From the NCBI RefSeq assembly GCF_030064895.1, contig NZ_JASJEB010000104.1, positions 1,745-33,744 of the forward strand: DNA of 32,000 bases. Direction: 5' to 3'. This DNA comes from Crocosphaera sp. GTDB taxonomy: Bacteria > Cyanobacteriota > Cyanobacteriia > Cyanobacteriales > Microcystaceae. Below are positions 8,929-18,425 of this stretch, in pieces (position 1 is the stretch's first letter; every line of letters starts with the position of its first letter). The translations under genes and the position numbers were made by a program. Below the pieces are notes generated by a model. It was not told the origin of the DNA. It did no database searches and saw only the letters and a program-made list of their open reading frames with translations.

Positions 8929-10122
8929 ATGAAACTCACTAACCTTCTGCCACTTATCAGAAAAAATAACTATCATAATGGTGCTACGTTGATAGAACTA
9001 TTATTAGGAAGTAGTTTAAGTTCCTTTGTTGTTGGTCTAGCGGGATGGGGTTTAGTACACTCTACAACCCTTGATCAAAAAGCATCAGCAAAAGGTGATA
9101 TTCAATATAATTCTAACCGCGCGTTAGAATTTATTGCAGACGAAGTTAAACTAGGTACCAAAATTGAATCTGATGCAGTTGGAGCTTTATCAGAAGCACC
9201 TGACTTTACTCTTCCTAATGGAGCAAAACCCATTCTTGTTGTACAAGTACAAGGTTTGGAGCAACCGGTTATTTACTATACAAAACAAGCAGAAGGTATT
9301 TGGGATGGTCCTTATATGATGGAGCGATGGGGTCCTGATTTTAATGCAGAGGGAGAATATTATCCAACGCAAATTAATGACCCTAAAACTTGGAAAGCTC
9401 ATGTTGTAATGGATAGAATTGATGACACACCAGAAACTCCAAATTGTCCCAGAGATTGGCGAGCAAGTAATAGTAATTCAACTCGAGGATTTAATGCTTG
9501 TGTTAATCCCAATGAAAAACTGGTAAAACTGAACATAGCAACTACTGTGGATAACAAAACTTGGCAGAATAATGTTAATTATCAAGTTGAAACTATGGCT
9601 TTTGCTAGAAGTAGTATGTTTACTATTATAAGTAAAAAGTTAATTCCTAATACACCTTCTGATATCACGTTTGAAGTTTTAGGAGGTGAGATTACTTGTG
9701 GTACAGGAGGGGGAAATATTCCTGTTCAAACGAATCTTTATATTAATGAAAATAAGCAAACTTGGAACACGAATTCTGCTTTAACTTTACCCAATCAAGC
9801 AGCCGGAACTACTTTTGATGTGGAATCAATTTCAGGGGATGGCTCAATTTGTAATGGTTTAGGAATGACTGTGTCTACCACTGATGAGAATACATCACAG
9901 CTTCAGGTTTTGGTTAATGGTGACGATGTCCCTAATATTACCCCTTTTGCTAATCAAAATACTATTGATTTCTTTTTACAACAGTATGTAGAAAATGGCA
10001 AAATAAAAATTGCTGAAAACCAGGCTATCTATTTATTTGAGTTAGGAGTAACTAATCAAAACTCACCCGCTTTTGATTTACAAGATAATGTTGTTTTGGC
10101 AACGGTTGAACCGTCTAATTAA
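8929..10122 (+). CDS. Prepilin-type N-terminal cleavage/methylation domain protein (large, atypical pilin or pseudopilin-like)
   Basis: MKLTNLLPLIRKNNYHNG|ATLIELLLGSSLSSFVVGLAGWGLV shows a basic leader, Gly at -1, Glu at +5 and a hydrophobic helix, the class III signal. The 397-aa length is far above major pilins. Cys pair CPRDWRASNSNSTRGFNAC. Flanked by about 620 and 750 bp of AT-rich non-coding DNA. Confidence 0.65.
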   Translation: MKLTNLLPLIRKNNYHNGATLIELLLGSSLSSFVVGLAGWGLVHSTTLDQKASAKGDIQYNSNRALEFIADEVKLGTKIESDAVGALSEAPDFTLPNGAKPILVVQVQGLEQPVIYYTKQAEGIWDGPYMMERWGPDFNAEGEYYPTQINDPKTWKAHVVMDRIDDTPETPNCPRDWRASNSNSTRGFNACVNPNEKLVKLNIATTVDNKTWQNNVNYQVETMAFARSSMFTIISKKLIPNTPSDITFEVLGGEITCGTGGGNIPVQTNLYINENKQTWNTNSALTLPNQAAGTTFDVESISGDGSICNGLGMTVSTTDENTSQLQVLVNGDDVPNITPFANQNTIDFFLQQYVENGKIKIAENQAIYLFELGVTNQNSPAFDLQDNVVLATVEPSN

Positions 10123-10876
10123 CTTTTCTCTTGTTTATTAGAGTCTTATCCTCATCAAATTTTCTTGACAGCAAAAATCTCTTCTACACTCAATTTTAAC
10201 TCAGAAAAAATCAACGATTAGATTCTCTGTTTTTCTCTAAAAAATCTTTTTTCGTAGTGATCGCCTTCTAAAGATACCGTCATTAACGATGGAGTTTAAA
10301 AATCAACAACGGGTTAAGGTGGATTATTTCGGTGTAGCAATATTATTTTTGTTGGGAGTTGTACAATAATTTAATTTTTACTTGAAACACATTTTTGTAT
10401 TTTTGTCAAGTTATAAGCAATCACACTTAGCTATTATTTAGTACAAAAGTTCAAAATAAGTACTGAAAATAGTAATTTATCCCTTAAACAGGAAGCTACA
10501 ATAACGAAAGAATCATAGTTATAGATGCTTTTCTGAAAATTACACAGAAAGGCTACAGATTTTTATTCTTGTCCATCATACCACAAAGGCTTGACTTCGT
10601 TACTTATTAAGAATAATTTTCATTAGTTGTCAAGAGCAGTAAAATACGAATCTTTTATATTTTAAAATTTAATAAAATAAAAGATAATAAAAACTTATAT
10701 AATGAGGCGATTTATGATCATTTCAGCAAAATAGTTCACTTGTCCCTTCCATATTTAGTGTCTTATGCCTAATATTGTAGATCCAAACGCTACATATAGA
10801 GCATGGTCAGTATCAATCTTAAGTTTTGGCCTTGCGTTATGAAGTTTGTCGGAATTCAATTGTCGGGAGAAGGAAA

Positions 10877-13800
10877 ATGAACCATCAACAAGAATGGTTA
10901 AATAGTTGCGTTGATCAGCAAGTAATAGAACTAAATGTAAGGAGCTTAGAAGGGATGTCCCCTTGCGAGCATTTATTATACTCAGATGAGCTTCCCCGAC
11001 GGAACGATGGCAGACTAAGTAACTATATTTTACAGCGTTATCAACACACAGAATTAGGGGGTTGGTGGTGTTCAGGAATTGATGTGATGACGGGAGATAA
11101 GGACCTTTGGGGATGTTTTAAACCGGAGCAACCACGCTTAAGTTATGACCAGGGTAAACCCATCAAGTATGAACATCCACCCCAAACCACTACAGGTATC
11201 TTTGCTTTAAGAGTCCCCTTACATCTTTGGAAGACTATTGCGCAACAGTATGACATTGAGTTTACCCCGGACATGGTTGATTACAGGCAACCAGACGGAG
11301 GCTTTTGGCAATGGGTGATAGCTCATCCTTCTATTCCCCTTTGTATTACAGAAGGAGCCAAAAAAGCAGGAGCTTTATTAAGTGCCGGATATGTAGCGAT
11401 CGCTCTTCCTGGGATTAATAATGGTTATCGTACCCCCAAAGATAAACAAGGAAATCGTATCGGTAAATCTTATTTAATTCCTCAGTTACAGAAGTTAAGT
11501 TCTGGGAGAAGAGAAATTTATCTAACTTTTGATCAAGACAGTAAACCCAATACTATCAAAGCGGTTAATCATGCCATTAGAAAGTTAGGTTATTTGTTAA
11601 GCCAAACAGGATCTAAAGTTAAAGTGATACATTGGCAACCAGAGCAAGGTAAAGGGGTGGATGATCTGTTGTTTCATCAAGGCAAAAAAGTCTTTGATGA
11701 CTGTTATCAAAAATCCTTACCATTAGAGTTATGGAAAGCAAGAGAGTTTACCCAATTAACCCATGGAGTAAGTGTAGAGGTTAATAGTCGTTATCTTCCT
11801 AATTTAGTTATTCCTGATACGGCCAAATTAATTGGTATTAAGTCTGCTATTGGTACAGGGAAGACCGAAGCATTAGCAAAAATTGTTCGACAAGCGATCT
11901 GCAATAAGCAAAAAGTTTTAGTTATCGGCCATCGCATTAAATTAGTTGAACAGTTATGTCAACGTTTTGGACTTCCTTATATTACAGATATCAAGGATAA
12001 TTCTTTTGGTAAATCATTAGGGTATGGATTATGTATTGACTCTTTACACGAAAATTCTCAAGCTAATTTTAATCCTGAAGACTGGCAAGATGCGTTAGTT
12101 ATTATTGATGAAATAGAACAAGTTATTTGGCACGCTTTAAACTCCCAAACCTGTAGCAATAAACGTGTTGATATTTTGAAATGTTTTAAGCAACTTATGC
12201 AAACTATTGTAGGCAGTCAAGGTAATATTTTTGTTGCTGATGCTGACTTAAGTGATGTTTCCTTGGACTACTTAATAGCTTTATCAGGAATTGATATAAA
12301 ACCGTTTATTATTCAAAATTATTGGAAACCAGCCCAAAAAGAAACATGGTCAGGTTATCATTATCCAGAAACAACCCCTAAACGTTTTCTTAAAGATTTA
12401 GTCGAACATATTCGAGAAGGAGGTAAACCATTTATTTGTTTATCTGCTCAAAAACTTACTAGTAAATGGGGAACTCAAACCTTAGAATCTTATTTCAAAA
12501 AACAATTTCCTGATGCTAAAATTTTACGCATTGATTCCCAATCATTAACCGATCCCAATCATCCTGCTTATCAATGTATTACCCAACTTGATGAGGTATT
12601 AATTAACTATGATATTGTTTTAAATAGTCCCGCTATTGAAACAGGAATTAGTATTGATATAAAAGAACATTTTAGTTCAGTTTGGTGTCTTGCTCAAGGA
12701 GTACAAACTCCCACATCTGTAATTCAATCTTTAGGAAGAATAAGAGATAATATACCCCGTTATCTTTGGTTAGCTTCCTATGGATTTAATAAAGTAGGAA
12801 ATGGAGCAACATCTATTCCTATTTTATTAACATCAGGTCATCGTTTAACCAACTTAAATATTAGATTATTACAACAATCTGATTTAGAATCATTAGACGA
12901 CTTAGATACAGGTTTTCAAGCAGAATCTTTATTATGTTGGGGAAAAATAGCTGTAAGAGTTAATGCACAAATGATTCATTATCGAGAAACAATAATCAGA
13001 ATTATTCAATCCAAAAATCATCGAATAGATATATCTAAAAGAAAGAAAAAAAATAAGACAAAAACAGTAAATAAAAGCAAAACAAAATATCCTAAGGCAA
13101 ACAATAAACTCATAGAAACTATTGAAGAAGTAAGACGCAAAAATTATCAATTAGAATGTGAACAAATTGCTCAATCTCCAGACTTAAACGAGACAGAATA
13201 TCAAAAAATAAAAAAATCTTTAATAAAAACCAATAAAGAAAGAAGAAAAATAAAAAAATATGATTTAAAACGTCGTTATTGTCTTCCAGTTACTCCTAAA
13301 TTAGTCGCTTTAGATAATGAAGGTTGGTATCAAAAAATTAGACTACATTACTTCTTAACAAAAGGCCGCAATTATTTAGCAGATAGAGATGCAATGAATG
13401 CTAAACAATTAATTGAAAAAGGACAAGGAAGTATCTTTTTACCCGATTTTAATAATAGTCAATTTGGTGCAATTATTGGCACAATGGAAGTATTAGGACT
13501 TCCTGTGTTATTAAAAGATATTAATCGTAAGTTAATCAATATTGATTCAGATTTAATAAAGATGGCAACCTTGGCTATCAATAATAGACAAGACATAAAA
13601 ACAATTATGGGAATTGGTATTGCCAAAAATGCTAGTCCAATTACTATTATTAGACGACTTTTAGATAAAATAGGATATGGTTTAACCTGTTGTGGAACCA
13701 AAACAATAAATAAGAAAAGAGTACGACTTTATCAAGTCGTTACTCCCAATGATGAACGAGAACAAGTCTTTCAACAATGGCTATTAAAAGACCAAAATAC

Positions 13801-13915
13801 TCCAGGAACTTCTGAACCTTGGTTTGAAGCTTATCTCTTGCCAAAATCTCAAAATGAAGATATCTCAAATAGTAGTAAACATATTCAGTTGAGTCTAAAT
13901 TTTGCTACTGAATAG
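10877..13915 (+). CDS. Toprim (DUF3854-like) + SF2 helicase replication protein, CyRepA-like
   Basis: ATG at 10877 is preceded by GGGAGAAGGAAA; the track start TTG 10826 is less likely. Toprim residues: CITEGAKKAG (Glu) and LTFDQDSK (DxD). Walker A AIGTGKTEA, Walker B LVIIDEIEQV, motif V-like SPAIETGISID and motif VI QSLGRIRD. Lys-rich tract SKRKKKNKTKTVNKSKTK. One HIP1 at 11396-11403. Confidence 0.75.
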   Translation: MNHQQEWLNSCVDQQVIELNVRSLEGMSPCEHLLYSDELPRRNDGRLSNYILQRYQHTELGGWWCSGIDVMTGDKDLWGCFKPEQPRLSYDQGKPIKYEHPPQTTTGIFALRVPLHLWKTIAQQYDIEFTPDMVDYRQPDGGFWQWVIAHPSIPLCITEGAKKAGALLSAGYVAIALPGINNGYRTPKDKQGNRIGKSYLIPQLQKLSSGRREIYLTFDQDSKPNTIKAVNHAIRKLGYLLSQTGSKVKVIHWQPEQGKGVDDLLFHQGKKVFDDCYQKSLPLELWKAREFTQLTHGVSVEVNSRYLPNLVIPDTAKLIGIKSAIGTGKTEALAKIVRQAICNKQKVLVIGHRIKLVEQLCQRFGLPYITDIKDNSFGKSLGYGLCIDSLHENSQANFNPEDWQDALVIIDEIEQVIWHALNSQTCSNKRVDILKCFKQLMQTIVGSQGNIFVADADLSDVSLDYLIALSGIDIKPFIIQNYWKPAQKETWSGYHYPETTPKRFLKDLVEHIREGGKPFICLSAQKLTSKWGTQTLESYFKKQFPDAKILRIDSQSLTDPNHPAYQCITQLDEVLINYDIVLNSPAIETGISIDIKEHFSSVWCLAQGVQTPTSVIQSLGRIRDNIPRYLWLASYGFNKVGNGATSIPILLTSGHRLTNLNIRLLQQSDLESLDDLDTGFQAESLLCWGKIAVRVNAQMIHYRETIIRIIQSKNHRIDISKRKKKNKTKTVNKSKTKYPKANNKLIETIEEVRRKNYQLECEQIAQSPDLNETEYQKIKKSLIKTNKERRKIKKYDLKRRYCLPVTPKLVALDNEGWYQKIRLHYFLTKGRNYLADRDAMNAKQLIEKGQGSIFLPDFNNSQFGAIIGTMEVLGLPVLLKDINRKLINIDSDLIKMATLAINNRQDIKTIMGIGIAKNASPITIIRRLLDKIGYGLTCCGTKTINKKRVRLYQVVTPNDEREQVFQQWLLKDQNTPGTSEPWFEAYLLPKSQNEDISNSSKHIQLSLNFATE

Positions 13916-14014
13916 GAGATGGGGAGATGGGGAGATGGGGAGACGGGGAGATGGGGAGATGGGGAGATGGGGAGACGGGGAGATGGGGAGATGGGGAGAT
14001 GGGGAGACGGGGAG
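13915..14014 (+). repeat. Tandem octamer array GGGGAGAY, about 12.5 units, with 32-nt super-periodicity
   Basis: Read directly. Units start at 13921 in the order T,T,C,T,T,T,C,T,T,T,C. The array begins at the last base of the replication-gene stop codon and lies between convergent genes. Confidence 0.97.
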
Positions 14015-14078
14015 TCAATCCATTCCTCAACTATTAATAAACATAAAAATTCTACATTTTTATGACTTAATTCTAAAT

Positions 14079-14897
14079 TTATTCGATCCTTTCTTCAATT
14101 TCCGCCGGTTTTTTCATAACCAGGGGCTTTTTCTCCAACTCTGGCAAAGCTAATACCTCCCGTTGGTGTTGTTTAACAGGTGTAGGCATTAACATGGGTA
14201 AAGGTTCTTGATCTTCGTCTTCGCGCCAGTAACTCGCCACAGGTAACGTATGTTCTAAATCTTCTAAGAGTCTGGGAATGATCATCATGGCGTGTAATTC
14301 GCCAATTTTCTCCGCTTCGTGCATTCCTGCTTCAATGGCTACGGCCACATTGGCAACTGTTCCGCGAATAATAGCCGTACAGAGTCCATCACCAATAATC
14401 TCGTAAGAAGCCAACTGCACATCAGCCGACTTTAACATCGCATCAGCCGCACCAACCATAGCAGGAAAGCCTCTGGTTTCGATCAGTCCGATAGAACGAT
14501 TACTGAGACGACTATAACCCTGTTGTTGTTGGGCCATTTCTACTAAATGACTCCCAATAGGAAAAACTGCCTCTAGATTAGGCATAGGACGAGGAATGAC
14601 CAACTTAGAAATTAATTGACCGAACTTTTCCGCCGTTTTTGCCCCTTCTTCCACCGCTAAACGAACATTAGCCACCTTACCCCGTACAATAGCGGTACAG
14701 TGTCCACTACCGATTTTTTCGTATCCCACTAAGGTCACATCTGCTGATTTGAGCATCATATCGGCAGTTCCGACAATGGCAGGGAAACTATGGGTTGAAA
14801 TAAGGCCAAGTGCGCTATCACTGGGTAAGTGAGATGATTTCATGCTAGATTGTGATTGTGAGGCGTAACGGTGGTTAGAATTAGCAAGACTTGTCAT
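14079..14897 (-). CDS. ccmO: Carboxysome shell protein CcmO (tandem BMC domains)
   Basis: Two BMC domains: LGLISTHSFPAIVGTADMMLKSADVTLVGYEKIGSGHCTAIVRG and IGLIETRGFPAMVGAADAMLKSADVQLASYEIIGDGLCTAIIRG. The 272-aa length is typical of CcmO. Confidence 0.85.
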   Translation of the reverse strand: MTSLANSNHRYASQSQSSMKSSHLPSDSALGLISTHSFPAIVGTADMMLKSADVTLVGYEKIGSGHCTAIVRGKVANVRLAVEEGAKTAEKFGQLISKLVIPRPMPNLEAVFPIGSHLVEMAQQQQGYSRLSNRSIGLIETRGFPAMVGAADAMLKSADVQLASYEIIGDGLCTAIIRGTVANVAVAIEAGMHEAEKIGELHAMMIIPRLLEDLEHTLPVASYWREDEDQEPLPMLMPTPVKQHQREVLALPELEKKPLVMKKPAEIEERIE

Positions 14898-15330
14898 TTA
14901 ATCCTGTCCGTATTGGTAGGTGGTGAAGGGTAATATCAAATTTTGTTTATATATTTCTATCTTAGTTTATTTTTTTTGATATACAGTGCCGATAGGCACG
15001 CTTATTTTTTCATATAAAACTGATAATAGTTGATTTTAGGTTAACTCATCAACTCAATGGTGTTAGAGGGGTGATGGGACTTTGACATTAAAGCATCCTT
15101 AAAATTTTGCTAAAAGAGAACGATAACTTAGCTGAACCGATAAAATAAGGAAGGTTAGTCGTTAATAACGATATTCACTCGCTCAGGGGATGAACCCCTT
15201 AAAGTTGAATTTACCCATCAATGTCAGCAAAATTGCCAAAATTATCCTGACATCATCGATCGTTTCGATGGGTCTTGTTACTTAACATTACCTTTGAATC
15301 GCAAAAAGTCCTTCGAGGTTGCTACTAATT

Positions 15331-18300
15331 ATGGTTGGTGAAGCGTCACAGTCCACAGTTAAAGAGATTAACGAGATTAACGAGATTAACATTTTTTCAA
15401 CATCCGATCTATTCTTACGTCAGCGTCTAGAATTAGTGGAAAGTTTATGGGAATCAGTATTAAAAGCTGAATGTGGTCTAGAATTAGTAGACTTGTTAAA
15501 AAAATTACGAAAAATCTCCTCACCAGAAGGACAAGTTACCAATCAACCCAAAACCTCCATCAATGAACTCATAGAAGAGTTAGAACTTAACGAAGCTATC
15601 CGCGCAACTAGAGCATTTGCCCTATATTTTCAGTTAATTAATATTGTTGAACAACATTACGAACAAAGAGATCAACAACTGAACCGACGAGCTACCTATC
15701 AAGCATCAGAAAAAGCTAGAGAAAATAATAAAATAGGAGAAAAACAAAGTAATGGCTCATTTGGAGCCGACTTATTAGAAAAAGCCCTAGTTGGAGAAAC
15801 AAAAAGTCAAGAAAAAGGCGGAACCTTTCACTGGTTATTCCCCCAATTAAAACGCTTAAACGTCCCCCCCCAACAAATTCAACGATTATTAGAACAACTC
15901 GATATACGCCTCGTTTTTACCGCTCACCCCACCGAAATTGTTCGTCATACCATCAGACTCAAACAAAGAAGAATAGCCACCTTGCTGCGGCGTTTAGACC
16001 AAGCAGAAGAAGCATTTAGGGGCATGGGTCTAAATAGTTCCTGGGAAGCAGAATCAATCACGGAACAACTCAACGAAGAAATACGCCTCTGGTGGCGTAC
16101 TGATGAACTGCATCAGTTTAAACCCAGTGTTCTCGACGAAGTAGACTACACCCTACACTATTTTGATGAAGTGTTATGTAATGCCCTACCCCAACTCTCT
16201 CAAAGACTGCAACAGGCCCTAAACGCAAATTTTCCCTGGATTAAACCCCCCCATAATACCTTCTGTCGCTTTGGGTCATGGGTAGGAGGCGATCGCGACG
16301 GAAACCCCTTCGTTACAACAGACATCACCTGGCGAACCGCTTGTTATCAACGCAACTTAATTCTAGAAAAATATTTAGCAGCCATCGAAGATTTAACAGA
16401 AATTTTAAGCTCATCTCTGCACTGGAGTAACGTTTCTCAGGACCTCTTAGACTCCCTAGAACGCGATCGCGTGGCCATGCCTGAAATATACGATCAACTA
16501 GCTATCCGCTATCGCCAAGAACCCTATCGCCTTAAATTAGCTTATGTTCAAAAACGACTAGAAAATACACGCGATCGCAACAATCATCTGGCCAAACCTG
16601 AACAACAACAAATTTTAAGCGAAGAAACCCCCCAAAATATCTACCAGTCCGGGGCAGAATTTGAAGCAGAATTACAACTAATTAAACGTAATTTAGAAGA
16701 AACGGGCTTAAAATGCCAAGCATTAGAAAATCTGCTTTTTCAAGCGCAAATGTTCGGCTTTACCCTAACACAATTAGATTTTCGCCAAGAATCTTCCCGT
16801 CACTCAGAAACCATTCAAACCATTGCCAATTATTTAAACATCTTACCCCGTCCCTACGGAGAACTATCCGAAGCAGAAAAAGTCAATTGGTTAGTAGGGG
16901 AACTACAAACCCGTCGTCCCTTGATACCTATGGAAATGCCCTTCGATGAGAAAACCATCGAAACCATCGAAACCATGCGGATGTTGCGCTACTTACAACA
17001 AGAATTTGGCATAGAAATTTGTCAAACCTATATCATTAGTATGACCAACGATGTCAGCGATGTCCTAGAAGTATTATTATTAGCCAAAGAAGCCGGACTA
17101 TACGACCCCGGAACCAGTACCACCACCATTCGCATCGTTCCCCTCTTTGAAACCGTAGACGACTTAAAACGGGCCCCTGAGATCATGGAAGCCTTGTTTA
17201 AATTACCCTTATATCGTGCTGCTTTAGCTGGAGGGTACGACTACTTAGACGAAGACAAAAAAGAACAATTACCTCCCCCTGAACTGCAACCGGCAAACCT
17301 ACAAGAGATCATGGTAGGTTACTCCGACAGTAACAAAGACTCAGGTTTCCTCAGCAGTAACTGGGAAATACATAAAGCCCAAAAATCCCTACAAAAAGTT
17401 GCAGAACCCTACAATTTAGCCTTAAGACTGTTTCATGGTCGTGGTGGTTCCGTAGGACGAGGAGGAGGGCCAGCTTACGCTGCTATTTTAGCCCAACCCA
17501 CCGGCACCATTAACGGACGCATCAAAATCACCGAACAAGGGGAAGTCTTAGCCTCTAAATACTCCCTACCGGAACTCGCTTTATATAACCTAGAAACGGC
17601 AACTACGGCGGTGATCCAAGGAAGTTTACTGGGCAGTGGGTTCGATGATATTGACCCTTGGAACGAGATCATGGAAGAATTGGCCAGTAGTGCCAGAAAA
17701 GCCTATCGTAGTTTGATTTATGAACACGCGGACTTCTTAGACTTCTTCCTCTCTGTCACCCCTATCCCCGAAATTAGCCAATTACAGATTAGTTCTCGCC
17801 CGGCCAGACGGAAAAGTGGTAAAAAAGATTTAAGTACCTTACGGGCTATTCCTTGGGTGTTTAGTTGGACCCAAAGTCGTTTTCTGTTGCCAGCTTGGTA
17901 TGGTGTCGGAACCGCGTTAGAAAACTTTTTAGAACAGGAACCCGAGGCAAATTTGAAATTGTTTAAATATTTTTACTTGAAATGGCCATTCTTTAAAATG
18001 GTTATTTCTAAAGTAGAAATGACCCTTTCTAAAGTAGATTTACAAATTGCTCACCACTACGTTAAAGAACTTTCTAACCCCGAAGATATAGAACGATTTG
18101 AAAAGGTATTTGAGCGTATTTCCCAAGAATATTATCGTACCTGTCAGATGATTTTAAACATCACTGGAAACACCAAATTATTAGATGGAGATGTCAGTTT
18201 ACAGCGATCGGTACAGTTAAGAAATGGAACTATTGTTCCCCTTGGTTTCTTACAAGTATCTCTCTTGAAACGATTACGTCAATATACTCGTCAAGCAGAG

Positions 18301-18399
18301 TCAGGAGTTATCCACTTCCGTTATTCTAAAGAAGAATTATTACGGGGTGCATTACTAACCATTAATGGTATTGCTGCAGGAATGCGGAATACTGGTTGA
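15331..18399 (+). CDS. ppc: Phosphoenolpyruvate carboxylase
   Basis: Signatures [18 protein letters not shown] and [14 protein letters not shown], with C-terminal [15 protein letters not shown] at 15331 preferred over TTG at 15319. Three HIP1 sites. Confidence 0.95.
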   Translation: MVGEASQSTVKEINEINEINIFSTSDLFLRQRLELVESLWESVLKAECGLELVDLLKKLRKISSPEGQVTNQPKTSINELIEELELNEAIRATRAFALYFQLINIVEQHYEQRDQQLNRRATYQASEKARENNKIGEKQSNGSFGADLLEKALVGETKSQEKGGTFHWLFPQLKRLNVPPQQIQRLLEQLDIRLVFTAHPTEIVRHTIRLKQRRIATLLRRLDQAEEAFRGMGLNSSWEAESITEQLNEEIRLWWRTDELHQFKPSVLDEVDYTLHYFDEVLCNALPQLSQRLQQALNANFPWIKPPHNTFCRFGSWVGGDRDGNPFVTTDITWRTACYQRNLILEKYLAAIEDLTEILSSSLHWSNVSQDLLDSLERDRVAMPEIYDQLAIRYRQEPYRLKLAYVQKRLENTRDRNNHLAKPEQQQILSEETPQNIYQSGAEFEAELQLIKRNLEETGLKCQALENLLFQAQMFGFTLTQLDFRQESSRHSETIQTIANYLNILPRPYGELSEAEKVNWLVGELQTRRPLIPMEMPFDEKTIETIETMRMLRYLQQEFGIEICQTYIISMTNDVSDVLEVLLLAKEAGLYDPGTSTTTIRIVPLFETVDDLKRAPEIMEALFKLPLYRAALAGGYDYLDEDKKEQLPPPELQPANLQEIMVGYSDSNKDSGFLSSNWEIHKAQKSLQKVAEPYNLALRLFHGRGGSVGRGGGPAYAAILAQPTGTINGRIKITEQGEVLASKYSLPELALYNLETATTAVIQGSLLGSGFDDIDPWNEIMEELASSARKAYRSLIYEHADFLDFFLSVTPIPEISQLQISSRPARRKSGKKDLSTLRAIPWVFSWTQSRFLLPAWYGVGTALENFLEQEPEANLKLFKYFYLKWPFFKMVISKVEMTLSKVDLQIAHHYVKELSNPEDIERFEKVFERISQEYYRTCQMILNITGNTKLLDGDVSLQRSVQLRNGTIVPLGFLQVSLLKRLRQYTRQAESGVIHFRYSKEELLRGALLTINGIAAGMRNTG
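15364..15390 (+). repeat. In-frame 9-bp tandem repeat GAGATTAAC x3 (EIN-EIN-EIN) in the ppc N-terminal region
   Basis: Read directly from the sequence. Confidence 0.95.
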
Positions 18400-18425
18400 T
18401 ACTTTGAATTATTATTAATTGACCT

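Noticed and set aside
13915-14014. Possible CRISPR array
   Set aside because: The period is only 8 bp with no spacers, and no cas genes are present anywhere in the window. It is a simple tandem repeat.
13902-14153. ORF-track entry encoding MLLNRRWGDGEMGRRGDGEMGRWGDGEMGR...
   Set aside because: The periodic peptide is simply the translation of the GGGGAGAY octamer array. There is no RBS, the ORF overlaps the replication-gene stop and the ccmO 3' end, and the remainder is low-complexity AT-rich sequence.
1722-17672. Other short overlapping ORFs (1722-, 3058-, 5002-, 5039+, 9190-, 12932-, 13459-, 16713+, 17475-, 25274+)
   Set aside because: Each lies inside a longer, motif-supported CDS on the opposite strand or in another frame. 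The translations are low-complexity and there is no independent evidence for them.
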